Assembly: GCA_963575745.1 (NCBI GenBank)
Contig: CAUYUJ010000072.1
Location: 1-64,000, forward strand
Direction: 5' to 3'
Length of the DNA: 64,000 bases
Origin: Prorocentrum cordatum
Lineage: Eukaryota
This document shows positions 31,250 through 44,269 of the stretch, piece by piece. A program made the position numbers and the translations under genes. The notes below the pieces were generated by a model, which was given only the letters and a program-made list of their open reading frames with translations, did not search any database and was not told the DNA's origin. Within the stretch, counting starts at the first letter, position 1; each line of letters opens with the position of its first letter.

Positions 31250-33950
31250 TGAGGCTTCCGACAATCCAACAAGGGAAAGAGCTGAAGAGGCTTCTCAGAG
31301 TAGCTGCTCGTATCGCCAGGGGCGAGTGGACTCGCTCCTCGACCCCTCCCCGCGTGGCTCGCCTCTTCGCTCCTCGCTCGATCCCATGGGTCGCGCACTT
31401 CAATGGCATGCGCCTTGCCCGCGTTTTCCTGGCCAGGGTTTCAGAGGCTTTGGAGCGCATGACTCTCCCGGCTGATCCGAAAATTGATGCCTCGATGTCT
31501 AGGCCAGCGAAGTCCCACGGGGCTTTTCCGCGGCTTCAGCAGGAAGCCCTGGAGGCTCGGCCCGCGAGGGCCCGACGAGGGGGCGCTGGCGGAGCCGACT
31601 CTCTTCCTTCAGCGGAAGCGTCTGAAGACTTTCATGAGGGCTGAGCGGAGCCAGGCTTGCCTTTGGGCTCGCTCTGGCAACGCGCATTCCTTCCAGGGCC
31701 TCGCGGTTCCGTCGGGCGCGACCCCTTTTTTCGCCCTCCTTCGCGGCGTCTGCCACGAGAAACCACTGGGCCCTCGTCCATGCGCCACGGAGAGCTCCGG
31801 GGAAGCATCCAGATGCGCGCGCGAAGAAACGCATCGAAGTCTTCGGCCGGTCGGATGCGAGGCCGCCAACGGAAGCTCTAATTCGGGCCGCCATTGCGAG
31901 AGCCTCGCGGGCATTGCCCGGGCCCGACGGCGCCCCCCTTATGCCGCGTGGCAAGGCGCGGCGCTGGCGGCGCCTGTTCTTTTCAGTCTGTTTGAAGAGA
32001 TGCTGGCAGGTCGCCCGCCGCGGGCGAGCCCCGTGCCCCTCCTCCTCGCTTTTGCGCCCGAGGCGTATCCTGCTGCTGACTCGACTTGCGCTGTTAGGAG
32101 CGCGTCGACGACGTGCCTGCTGGCTCTTGAAAACGCGGATGTTGATGCTGGCAGCGACTTGCAATGGGGAGTCGTCAAACCTTCGCGAGGCAAGGAAGTT
32201 CACGCGGGCCAAAGGGGGTTTGTAGATGGTCGCAACTGTCTATGCAATTGGACGCCCCTCAGTAACCGCGGCCGCCATTTCCAGCATGCTTCCCCCCCTC
32301 GGTCCTCCTCGTGGACTTTCGGAATGTTTCCGTCCCCATCGAGCGTGAGTTTTTGTGGCGAGTGCTGGAGATGGTAGGTTCGCCATCAGGTTTTAGGCGC
32401 TTCGCTGGCGCCGTTTGCGCCCGTGCTGCTGATGGGGGGCCGCTCAAGGGATGTCTCGCGAATTTGGGCGCGCTTGAACCCGGGGCAATGCAGGGCGACC
32501 CAGCTCGCGGCAGCACGCGGCCCCCTGCGGTAAACGCATGAATTCGTGACGTGCGCTCGGGGCTGGAGAAGCACATTGGGTCGGGGGTGGGGGCGCGCGC
32601 GGATGATGTGGGGGCGGCGGTGAGGGGGTTCGGGGCTTTTGCGCGCCTGTCAGGCGCCTGCTGCGCCCAACTTTGCAGCGCGTCTCTCGCTCGAGATGCC
32701 CGCGTGCAGGCTAATCGCAGTTGCGGGGCCCACTAGGAGAGTCTCAGTGGTTTTGCGCAGTCCACGCCGAGCAGGTTGCCCCCGAGATGGGCCGAGCATC
32801 CCATCGCGGATGCGGCAGAATGCGAAAGGGGCGTGGATCGGCCCAGCAGCGAAGCGAGATCTCGCGCGGGCTCGGGCGCTTCGCGGGTGGGCGGGGGTGA
32901 TTAACAACGCCGCTGCCACGAAGGCAGCCCCTTTTGATTGCCATGTGTAATTCCAGAGCTGTCTCGAAATTCAGCCATTCAGCTCAGTTGTGCAGCGTGC
33001 CCACGCCCATTCTTCGCTGGGGTCGTGGGCTCTTCGCAAGACCCTTCACCTTCCCGCCTGTTCTTCTCCCGTCTCCCAGCTTTTCGCGTTGCGCCAGTGG
33101 CCCCATCTTCGATCCGAATCAATGCGCATCCAGACCGTCTCTGCTTTGCTCCGCGCCGCGCGCCAAACCGGATCACATTGCAGACCCTCGTGGGCCATGC
33201 TATGCAACCTCGCCGGAGAGCACCCACCAATCGTTTTCTGGCACAAGCGCGGGCGGTCGCCGACGCATTGGTTGGAATCCTCGTTTGTTCAGGAACTGGT
33301 CATTGTTGCCGCAGGTTTCCAAGAGCGCCCGCACCTCAGAGGTCCTGTCCAGATCGCGCTTGAGGTTGTACAGCTCTTGACGAGGCGTTTGTTGCTGAAT
33401 CGTTGGCCCCCGCGCAGCGGGCGATCTTGCGCGCCCTCGAAGCGTCATTGTACCAGGATGACCTCAGGGCGACGATTGTCAAAAGGGCGGCGAAGTGGAC
33501 GCTTAGACCTCCCACCCCACAAGGACTAGCGGAATGCTATTAAACTTCTCTTCGGGAATGTCTGGAACCCCCCGTTGTTCGGCAAGCTTCTGCTCTGAAA
33601 ACGGTGCTTGGGGCGTGGGCAACGGGAAGGAGGTTGATTCAGAAAGCCGTAGCGTGCAAATTCGGATATTCGGGTGAGTGTAGCATCCAGGAGCACTATG
33701 TGTCTTGCCCGCTGCTGTGGGCGGCCGCCCACGATGCCTGGGTCCCTCCAGTCCCACTGCAGTATTTCCTCAGTCGCCGTGCAGGCATCGGTCGCTCGAT
33801 GTCGGCGGAGGATCGATTTCTCGCTGTGCAGAGTTTGGTTGGTAGCCTTTCATCCACACTATTCCATTCGAGGACTGAGGAGGGCTGATCTTGCAGCAAG
33901 TGGGCAGGCAGCGCGCCACAGCTGACAGAACGCAGCTTCAACAACAGCAA
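31250..33950 (+). pseudogene. Heavily decayed LINE ORF2 (RT and C-terminal Cys/His motif)
   Basis: Fragments across frames: PGPDG..YAAW (~31917), SIEREFLWRVLEMVG (~32340), GAMQGDP (~32482), ADDVGA (~32598), CKFG...EHYVSCP (~33655). Boundaries approximate. Confidence 0.7.
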
Positions 33951-34473
33951 AGTGATCGTGAGCAAACGATTGCGAACCTTGTCCGAGCTACGTGCGAGGA
34001 GGAAGAGGAGGAGGAAAAGGAGGAAAAGGAGGGGGAGAGGGGGGGACAAGGATGATGATGATGAGGAGAAGGCGCAGGCGCAGGATGAGGAGGTGTGGGG
34101 GGGGGGTCCAGCTTGCGGCCCCCTTGGGGGCTCTCTGGAGGCCCCGGGGCCGTCCTGGGGAACGCCCTGGGGTCTAGGGCCCGTGCCCCTCGGTATCCCC
34201 TCCTCGTCGTCGCCAGAGCCCGCCCGTCCGCCGGGTGGGCCGCCCGGCGGGCTCGGCTCCCACGGGGGTGGCGGGCGGCGGGCTCGCCCGGCCGACGCGG
34301 GCCCGAGCGCGAGTCCGCGCGGCGGCCCAGGTCTGACGACGAGCGTGTTCGGACGGGGCGAGCGGCGGCTCCTGGCCGCGCGGGGCGCTGCAGAGAGGGC
34401 ATCGCCCCGGGGGGGGGTCGCGAGTCGGGCCTCTCCTCTTCGGCGGGAAGCCTGCGGAAGCCGGTGGCGGTAG

Positions 34474-34626
34474 AGTTCAGTCGGGCCTGTCCCTCTACAG
34501 GGGGAATATTCGAAAACAGTCAAAAAGTAGTCTGGGGACTATGTTTGGGCACCTTTTCTGCATTTTTGGTGTATTTTTTATTTTTCGTCCAAAATTACCC
34601 TGTAGGGGAACAGGCCCGACCTAACG
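34474..34626. mobile_element. Short MITE-like element
   Basis: gtcgggcctgtccctctacaggg is inverted to ccctgtaggggaacaggcccgac; AT-rich core; (G)GTAG on both flanks. Confidence 0.7.
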
Positions 34627-35974
34627 GTAGGTAGAACGAGAGTGTTTCCGCTGGTGGAAGCCGGCGAAAGCACCAAGATCCCCCCTTCCCCCCCATCGAG
34701 GTGACGACTTTTTGTTCGGGGGCCAGGCTTTCCGGAGTCGGAGACGTGCGTTATCGGGAAATCGTGCCTTCGGTTTCGTTTACGCGGGTCACATGAGACA
34801 GGCGGAAGTTACTGTTGCCGCCAAGCACTTGCATCAGGACGATCGGATTGACAGGGGACTTGTTCGAGTCAAAGGTGAAAACGTGAAGCAGCCACGGACG
34901 GAGCATGTGGTTTGGCAAGTCGAATGAGCATCATCATGGATCAAACACATGCAGAGATCGAGCGGGGACGGTCCCTCGCCACGCCCTGGTGCCTCCTGCA
35001 GCCATCCTTGGCAGACGACGTCCTGACGGTATGCGACAGTGTCGAGCAAACTTGGCACCAGAACGGAACACCCATCGATCGGAACTTCCAAGACAGATTG
35101 CGGCCGCCGCAGCTAGCGCAGCGCCACCACGCTTAGCGCTCCCCATCGCGCAGCGGGGAAGTCCCAGTAGGGCTTCGACGTTGGGCTGTTCACAATGCCT
35201 GCCGTCGAGATAGTCCAGGCTTGCTTCAACATGTCCTCAGTGGTCCGTGCGGTGTCAACACCCCGGCGACGCCCCTGGCGGCACCACAGGGGCGATTCGC
35301 ACACGAGGGGCGAACCCCCCCTCCCGACTATTCAGGGAAAGTGTTGGGGCGTGGCGAGAACCACCAGGGGGGCTGTCTGTCTATGCGCAGCCCTAAGCCT
35401 TACCATGAACTCCCATCGTTCATAGGTCTCAAGACGGTCCAGAGAGCAGACCGTCAGATGATCATCGATGACGCCGCGCTGCTAGCCTATACTCCGGTCC
35501 CTGCTGCGCGTCCCAAGTTTCCTCACAGCAGTGGGACGGGAGGCTGGCCTTGATGGCGAATTTGCACGGTGCCGAAGCCGTGCAGAGGGGGCCCATCGAT
35601 CGGGGCCCCCAATCGGTCAAGTCAGCAGACCGTCGCCGTCAAGTAATCAGAGTGGGATCATGGGAACGGGTTTGTCTTGAGTACCTTGCCCTCCGAGCGC
35701 CACGAGCATAATCACGGCTGCCAGAAGTTTTGAAAATTTCAAAGTTTGGGCGCTTCTGGGCCCTGGGTCAGCAAATGTTTGCCAGCGTGGACCCCGAAAT
35801 GCCAGTTCTAGGCATGACGTGAGAGCGAGAGGCAGCGGTGGCATGGAACGTGCCGTCTGGAGCGACGTGGCGGGCGCGGGCTCGAACATGCGGCTACCAG
35901 AAGCCGTTCCGATTCCTGCGGGGCGACGGTGCCGACACCGCTGTCTGTGCGAGCGAGGAGGATTAAAAGGGAGT

Positions 35975-36620
35975 AGGAGGGAGGATCAATGAGGAGGAGG
36001 GGGAGGAGGAGAAGCAGGAGGAGGCGGAGGAGAAGCAGGAGGAGGAGGAGGAGGAGGAGGAGGATAAGCAGGAGGAGGAGGGGGAGGAGGAGGAGAGAGA
36101 AGATGAAAGAGAGGAGAAAGGAGCAGAAAGGAGGAGGCGGAGGAGGAGGAGGAGGGGGAGGGGAGGGGGGCGGGAGGAGAGGAGGACAGGAGGACGGCTG
36201 CGCCTCGGGAGCGGAATGGGAGAGCGGAGGGGTCAAGAAGAGGCAGGCGGAGCGCCGAGGGGGGACGGCGGCACACGAGGGGGGGGTGGGGAAGACTGAG
36301 GAGGAGGTGTGAGAGGGAGTCGGGTCGTGCGTCTGCTGTGCGCCGCCTCCCGAGGCCCCACGCCCCTCGAGAGGCTCGGCGCGGGGTCAGCACTGGCCGA
36401 CCTCCCTCCGCGCGGGGCCTGGCCTGGCCTCGGAGGACCAAGGGGGGCGTCGTCGGTCGTCGGTCGTCGCCGTAATTATCCGTTGTCGAGCGTTGGTTGC
36501 CGTGATCCTCGCCTGTCGATGTGGTCCTCCTCCTCCTCCTCCTCCTCCTCCTCCTCTCCCCCTCCTCCTCCTCCTCCTCCTCCTCCTGCTCCTCCTCCTC
36601 CTCCTCCTCCTCCTCCTCCT
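35975..36620. repeat. (GAG)n tract followed by an inverted (CCT)n tract
   Basis: Purine-rich ~35975-36310; pyrimidine-rich 36525-36620. Confidence 0.85.
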
Positions 36621-37884
36621 GTGATCCTCGTCGCCGCCGGCACTCGATACCAGAGAACCGACCATGAAGGAATTCCATCGAGCATATTTTCATCAGACTT
36701 CCGCCCTGCTGCCCGCACTGGCCATGGAGGGAACAAGCGACAGCAGAATCTGGCAGTCGGCATTTTCGTATGTTTCTCGCAGCGACGGTTATGAAGACTG
36801 CGTGCTACACCCCCCATCGCCAATTCACATCATGAGGGGGTCAGCCAGGAATTGCGGGGATGTGACGTGGTGGTGCGGACAGGTAATTATTCACATATTG
36901 ATTTGACCAGAACCGACACATACGACGCATCTGGAACACCATTGGGGGTTGCAGCTAGGAGGAACAGGCATCTGGATTTCTATGGAATGTTGTCTTATGT
37001 GCCTCGTCACAAGACACACATGGACCCAACGCCGTCAGACAAATCTACCTCCCTCCAGGCATAATGCAACGGCGACTTGCGGGGGTCAGGTTGGCCTCGA
37101 ACGCTTTCGATGTGACGTTATTCGCGACGTACCTCCCCCCGACCCACCATCACATCGATGGACAGGTATCCCAAAATATGTTGGAGTGGGTGGAAGGATG
37201 CTGAGATGGGGTGGCTTGCAATTCTACAATATTACTGGGAGGGAAGTTTCACACCCGATGGGGGGCTTCACAGAGGAGATGCAGGAGGAGCCGAGAGACG
37301 TATACCCTAACCAACCATGGGGCCCTTGCCGAATGGCATATGGAATGACCGTGGCACAGCGTTTTGGAAGTTTTGTGCGGTGAGTGATCTAGCAGCTGCG
37401 ACGGCACATTGCAATTTGTGGGCCAACATACAGGCCTCGGAAGAAATTAGCGAACATGCATGCCGCGTTCATGTGTCAATGCTCCCCCATGATCACTGTT
37501 GGCGGATGGTTGAACGAGCTGCACTTCGACCGCAGTCTTCCCCGCGCGTGCCAACTTTGAGTTTGGAGGAAGCGGGGGGGGCGGTCCACGAATTGTTTGC
37601 TTCTACCGTACTGTAGCACGAAGGGTGCATCTACGAACGTCGACCACGTGGCGATGCCGACCGCAGCGCTGCACGTTGTGAAGGGCTGCGTTGCATTCGG
37701 AGGGGCAGCGGAACACTTGCAAGCATGAACATCTAGAGTAGAGGCCACCGAGACAACACACCCGTAAGAGTCGTCAGCTTGGCGATCGGCTCAAAGCACG
37801 GCATTGTCAAATGCGGGGTGTGTAGGCGCGCGGGCGCACCGCGATGTCTTATCCGAGTCTGCATAGGACGCCCCTATGTTGGAC

Positions 37885-38410
37885 CCCCCAGCAGCCCTCG
37901 AAATCGGGGACGGTTTCGCACATCGCAGCCCCCCAGGGATGGCGAGGTCGAATCTGAATCTGCGTAGGACGTCACTCCGCTGGACCCCCCCACCAGCCCT
38001 CGAACGTGGCGACACTTCCGCAGATCGCAACCCTTCTTGGATGGCGAGGTCGAACCTGAATTTGCGTAGGGCGTCACTCCGCTGGCCCCCTCAGCAGCCC
38101 TCGAACGTGGCGACACTTTCGCAGATCGAAGCCCCCGGGGGATGGCCAGATGGACGTCATTACGCAGCCCTCGAAAGCGGCGACAATTTTGCAGATCGCG
38201 GCCCCCTGGGGATGGCGAGGTCAAGTCTTCATCGGCGCAGGACGTCACTGCGCTCGCCCCCCCCAGCAGCCCTCGAAAGCGGCGACAGTTTTGCCCGTCG
38301 CGGCCCCCAAAGGACGGCGAGATCTGGTCTGGATCCGCGCGAGACTTCGAACGTTGCGACAGCTTCGCAGATCGCAGCCCCCGAGGGATGGCGAGGTCTG
38401 CTCTGAATCT
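37885..38410. repeat. ~100-bp degenerate minisatellite
   Basis: cagccctcgaa...gatggcgaggtc recurs about five times. Confidence 0.85.
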
Positions 38411-38522
38411 GCCCCGTGCGGGCCCGTCGCGCCACGCCGCGCCCGGCCCAGGCCGCAATGCCCGGGACTGCCCTCCGCTGGGGCGAGGGTTTCCCCCCCC
38501 TGTCTCTCACTATGGCGCAGCT

Positions 38523-39251
38523 TAGCTAGACAGCCTTCGCTGGACAAGTGGCCCACCCGCCACCTTTTCGGGCGTCGGAGCTATCCCCCTCGAACGCCCG
38601 ACATCTCACTCTCACCGGCCTTCGTGGGCCACTGCTGACTCACGTCCGTAGTGGCCTCGGCCACCCTGGAAGGTCCTGTCCGAAGATGGCAGTCCTCCTT
38701 TCTCTCAACCCTGAGCAGCGGTTAGCTGCGACCCTGGGTCAGCTCGTATCCCCACGGGTGCGTCGGCCCGTTGCAACAGCGCTGTCAGTCAGCACGTACC
38801 TCTGCGGGATGAAGCCGACCCACCCTGGACCGCGTCTACAATGGGCGGAAAGATCGACGGATCGCGCTGACGGTAGCTTAGCTAGATAGCTAGACAGCCT
38901 CGCTGGACAGGTGGCATATCTGCCACCCCCCCCTTCTCGGGCTCGCCGTCGGGGTCATCCCCCACGGGCGCCCGACATCTCACCCTCACTTGCCCTCATG
39001 GGCCACAGCTGGCTCATGTCTGTAGAGGCCTCGGCCACCCTGGAAGGTGCTGCCCGAAGATGGCGGCTCTCTTTCTCTCACCCTGAGCAGCGGTTAGCTG
39101 CGACCCTGGATCAACTCGGACCCTCAGGCTCACGGGTGCGTCGGCCTGCGACAACAGCGCTGTCCCTCGGCACATGCCTCAGCGGACTGCAGCCGGCCCA
39201 TCCTGGACCGGGCCACAGGGGACGGTGAGACCGACCGACCGCGCTGACGGC
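38523..39251. repeat. Diverged ~360-bp tandem duplication
   Basis: tagctagacagcct...ccctgagcagcggttagctgcgaccctgg...cgcgctgacgg at ~38523-38872 and ~38888-39251. Confidence 0.85.
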
Positions 39252-40121
39252 ATTTGCTGTGACCCTGGATCTCCGCGGGGCACGACAGATAGGTCAGGCT
39301 GGCCGATGCCCCGTCGGGGCCCGCCTATCCGCCCACCTGTCGGGCCCGTGGTCTGTCCCCGGTCTGTCCCCACCGGCCCCCCCCCCCCCTGTGGGTCCTT
39401 CGCTGTCAGGGCGGCTCCATGGTCCTGTCCCCCCTGGAGCGCGGGGGTGGCCGTTCTGTGCAGCGCTTCCCTGGACTCCGGGCCTCGCTGGCGATGTTCC
39501 TCCCCGCCTGCCTGGCCCTTCCCACGCACTGCATCAGTCGGCGCTTCCTGGACAGCTGATGGAGGGGTCGGCCCTCGTCTGGACTTCCCCGTCGTGCTCG
39601 GGATGGTTGTCCTCGAGCCCCGTGCCGCGGCCGAGTGGTTCAGCCTTCGCAGCCGCGGCCGCTCCCCTGGGCCCCTCCCGCCGCAGGCAGGTTTGCGACG
39701 TTCCTCGGCAGTTCAGCCCACTTTGTGCGCACACGCCGCTGGAGCAGCCCTGGGCTTGGCGCCCCGCTGGCGACTCGCCTTGTGTCCCACCTCGCCTGGA
39801 AGCCCTTGGCATGTTGGCCACGCAGGTACCGGCGCACCCGCCTCGCACCATCCCGTGGGCTCTGCCTCGCGGCACACCTTATTCACATAATTTCCTGGCA
39901 TTTTGCTAGGCTGCAAGTGCCTGAGCTTCCCTGGACGCCCTCAGCTTGCCAGCTTCGGCGCAGCCCCGCCGCTGCTGAGTGGGCCGGCCGACCCGTGTGG
40001 CGTCTAGTAGCTAATTAGGCCGCTGCCGTGTCCCGGGGCGCTGTTGACTCCGCCTGCGCTTCCGCTGGCGGACGCGACCGAAAAAGTATCCCCCCCAGCC
40101 CAACCATAATTGATTGCCAGT

Positions 40122-40956
40122 TTTCTTGAGGCCTCTTGGAGGCTATCTTGAGCCATGCTCGGCTAGAGGCTGTCGGAGGCTATCTTGAGCCATGCTCGGC
40201 TATCTTGGGCCATCGTGAGGCTGCCTTGAGGTCTCTTGGAGGGCTGTCGGAGGCTATCTTGAGCCATGGTTCGCTATCTTAGGCAATGTTTAAGCCCATC
40301 TTGGGCTATCTAGGGTTCTCTTGGAGGCATCTTGGGCCCAAAAGGGCGGGGTGGAGGGTCTTTGGGAGAGGCTGGGAGGCCTCTTGGGGCCATCTTGGGC
40401 CCCAGGGCTCAAAATGAAGAGGTCCCTCAATTAGGATCCTCCCCTCGGAGGCTCTCAAACGGCGTCTTGGGGCCGTCTTGGAGCGCTCTTGGGCGCCTTT
40501 TGGGCGATCTTGGGGCCGTCTTCGGCCTTCTTGGCCCCTTCTTGGGGCCTTTTTGGGCCATCATGGTGCCATCTTGAGGCTTCCAAAACCCATCGGAAGC
40601 GAAAAGGCGAGAATGCTAAACACATTGATTTTCCTAAGGCTTTTGAAAGGTTTTGGCATCTTGGAGATCGCCGTGGAGGGCTCGAAGGGCACTTGGATCC
40701 GTCTTGGGGCTGTCTTGGGGCCTCTTGGGGGTATGTCGGAGGCTATCTTGACCCATCTTGAAGTAACATCTGCCATCTTGGAGGCCATCTTGCGACTTTG
40801 AACGCCTCTTGGAGCAATCTTGGGCCATCTTGGACGCTCTAACGCCTCGCGGCGCGCTCCGTCTAGGCCCAGGGGAGGGGTAGGGGGAGGGGTTTCAGTG
40901 GAAGAGAGAAGAAATCAATTCGTTATACCACCTAAGCTCAGAGGGCTGGTGGGATT
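40122..40956 (+). repeat. TCTTGG-rich repeat family, copy 2
   Basis: Same internal and 3' blocks as 23157-24041. Confidence 0.8.
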
Positions 40957-41285
40957 TGAGGAATTCCCCAGCGAACGCGCGATTCCTGAATAGCAAGAGC
41001 GCGGCGCCTGAGTAAATCGCGAGGAAGTCTCAGGCGGGAGCGCGATTCTTGAGTCAAGCGCGAGGAGGTCTCAAGCAGGAGCGGGGGGCCCGAGTCAATT
41101 TCGAGGACGTATCAAGCAGAATCAGTTGCTGTTGTAAACCGGGGGCCAGGTGCACAGTTTGAGGAGGACGATTTTCCTCGATAAAAAACAGGGTGTGAGC
41201 GCCGGGAGGAGCATTTCAGTAGAAGAAACAACATATGCCTTGGAGGGGGGAGATCAACAATACATATTCCTCAGTAGTGAGGGTT

Positions 41286-41429
41286 CAACAACAACAACAA
41301 CAACAACAGCAGCAGCAGCAGCAGCAACCACAACCACAACCACAACCACAACCACAACCACAACCACAACCACAACCACAACCACAACCACCACAACCAC
41401 AACCACAACCACAACCACAACCACAACCA

Positions 41430-41473
<44 letters not shown>

Positions 41474-41490
41474 ACAACAGCAACGCAACA
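41286..41490. repeat. (CAA)n/(CAG)n/(ACAACC)n compound microsatellite
   Basis: Direct reading. Confidence 0.95.
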
Positions 41491-42417
41491 AGCAGAATCT
41501 TCACCACGGATTCTCACTTCAGCCACGCACCCAGGGACAATGAATGACCGTTCGGCCCCCTCACTCTGACATGACCCTTTCAAGCCACAAAGCGCGCTTG
41601 TAACCCACTAGCGGGTGGACAAAACCCCCACCCTGACACGTCGATTAGTGATCATCCGGTTCTCGAGAGGGCGCCGCGGCCGTCCTTCCCACGCCTGCGC
41701 AAGGCAGGTTTGGGCCCGAGGGCGTTTTCACTAAACCACGTCCGCTATGCCGGGTCAGGCACATCCCACCTCCGCACCCACTACACGCCGGTCGTTGAAA
41801 GTAGGTATTTTTGGATTCCCAGATCCCGATCTACTTCAAGTGCCTTCCCACTTCAAGAATCGGCATGATTTTGCTGTGTTTTGTGGTTCTCTGGGAGGGC
41901 CTGGACCCAATCCACTTTATCCGCCTTCCTACTTCATGTTTCTACCCACTTCTTCCGACCGACGTGTACAAGAATCACCCCATCATCTCAGCAACCCCCG
42001 CGGCCACCCCCGGCGGGGCCGGGCGAGAGGGCCCCCCGGAGGCCCAGAGAGTGGCCGAGGCCCCCCCCCCCCGTCGCATGGACTTCGCGGCGCGAGGGGG
42101 GTCCAGGCCCCCAGCCTCCTCCTCCTCCCCTCCTCCTCCTCCTCCTCCTCCTCCTCCTCTTCCTCCTCCTCCTCCGCGCGGACCTTCCTCCTCCTCCTCC
42201 CTCCTCCTCCTCCTCCTCCTCCTCCTCCTCCTCCTCCTCCTCCTCTTCCTCCTTCCGCTGGCAGCCTGGCCTCCTCCGCCCCCGCCCGGCCCCCCAGAGA
42301 TCCGCCGCTCCAGCGAAAGTTGGCAGCGCCGGGCTTTTGGCCCTGTTCCGCCTCTGGGGGCCCTCGCCGGGCCTCGGGAGCGTCCAAGAACGGCTCAGGG
42401 AGAAACACCGGTGGCCG

Positions 42418-42620
42418 GGGAAGTGGTCCAGACCTCCGGGGCCCACGCTTATTCGTGATTTCGGAACGGCGGAAAAGCTAAATTGTTGTAGCTGATCCTA
42501 TTTTGGCATATATCCGAGCTAGGGCAGAGCGTCTCCAAAGTAGGGAAGGTGGTCCAGACCTCCGGGGCCCACACTTATTCGTGACTTCAGAACGGCAGAG
42601 AAGCTAAACTGTTCGAACTG
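42418..42620. repeat. ~130-bp-period tandem duplication
   Basis: gtggtccagacctccggggccc...cttattcgtga...aagctaaa occurs twice. Confidence 0.8.
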
Positions 42621-43004
42621 GTCCTATACTGGCTGGACGGATGTCTGATCCTTAGAACTGTCGGAGGTTGATCGACCTCCTACCCTGACACGTTTTCGGT
42701 TCGCGAAAAACGGCGTCGCGGCCGTCATTGTTGCGGGTCCTGCAGGTCCGTCGGTTTCGGGCCCAGGCCGTTTTCACTAAAGGGAGGTTTGCGAAAGGGA
42801 GGTTTGTCCACCGCCGATAACGGTAAACACTGGAGCGGACGGATGCCTGGGCCGCAGGAAGCGGCGGCCGCCCGCGGCGGCCCCGCCGGCGGCAGCGCCC
42901 CCCGGGAAGGCCGCGGGCCCATGCAGCGCTGCGGATCGAGCGCGATCCCGGGCCGGCGCCCCGCGGCCGCTCGCCCTGCAGATGCCGAGGAGGGGATTTG
43001 TACA

Positions 43005-43243
43005 CTCAGGCAGTGGCGGAGCGTCTTGGCTCGCCTCTAGCCCTACTGAACCATGCTCTAAGAACCTCTTGCGGTTTCCACGACATGTTCTTAGGACATT
43101 TCTGGCGGAGTCATGTCTTGGTTCAATACATCGGGTTGATGTTCTAAGAACAGTGTTTTTGTTATTAAAACATCTCTGGGTTCGAAGAACATTTCGTGCG
43201 TGGTAGGACTATAGGAATGCCGGGACGGCCTGTCCCTGCTCAA
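43005..43243. mobile_element. Uninterrupted copy of the GTTCTAAGAAC MITE-like element
   Basis: Colinear with 20911-21060 + 22725-22806. Confidence 0.7.
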
Positions 43244-44269
43244 TACATGACCACCGCCTGGAGGGTCAGTTTTCGGAGCCTCGGCAGGCGGTGGATATGG
43301 ACATCTTCGGGCCCCCGGGGGCCGAAGTATATCCATATCCCCCGCCCGCTAGGGCACCAGGACGTCGGTTCCCAGGCAGTGGATATGTGTAAATCCCCAC
43401 CTTGCACAGATGGGTTGTCCTCGGAGCCGTCAGGGGGTCGTTTTCGAGCCTTGCCAGGTGGACCCCGCGAGCGGTCCAGGGACCGACTTTGAGCGGTTTG
43501 GGGTATCGACTAGACGTAAGAGTGACCTTTCGCCGGAGTGACCTTTGGTGCCGGCGAAATGGGGTCCCCCGATCGCCGAACGCGAGGCGGCAGTGGCGTC
43601 TTACGCGCTTGTGTTTGGCCCCCTCGCGCCCCCGCGAAAGCCGCGCACCAAAGTTCACTCTTACCCAGGGTCACTCTTGCGCGTAGCCGAGGGTATTCAT
43701 CCACCCTCCAGGCCGATTCTCCAGGGTGCCATCCAGTTCAGAGACCCCCGGGCCGCCTCGAAGGGCCCGTGTCGAGGAAGCGCAAACATCGATTGAGGGG
43801 AGTGGATTTTTGGCTTCGGCTTGGGGTCTGAGGTGGCCTGGCACTGGTTCCGGCCAGCAAGAAAGGTGGTGGGAGATGTTCGAGGTTCTGGGCTCGGGAA
43901 GGTCTTACTCCTCCTTCCTCCTCTCCCTTCTCCCTCTTCCCATCCTGGCCTCTGCCCTCCGAATGTCCATGTTGGCATACCCTCACACGCTTCGTGGCCC
44001 CACAGGGTGGTCCACCGAGTGTCCCGGTTGCACAGTTCGCTTACGGCGAATCACCGCCGCCTTCTGCTTTCCAGAATCGCCCATGTGGCCGAGCGTTGTG
44101 ACAAGAGCTCCGCCGAGCTATCGGACCATATGGTCCCCCAACCGCTGTGGAGACCCTTCGGGGAACGCTTGGGACAGGATGGCGGGGAAGATCAGGAGGA
44201 GGCGGGGGAGGATGTGGAGGAGGAGGAGGAGGAGGAGGAGGAGGAGGAGGAGGAGGAGGAGGAGGGGGC

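Noticed and set aside
34840..37780. Possible further LINE/RNase H remnants
   Set aside because: Too degraded to identify catalytic motifs by eye.
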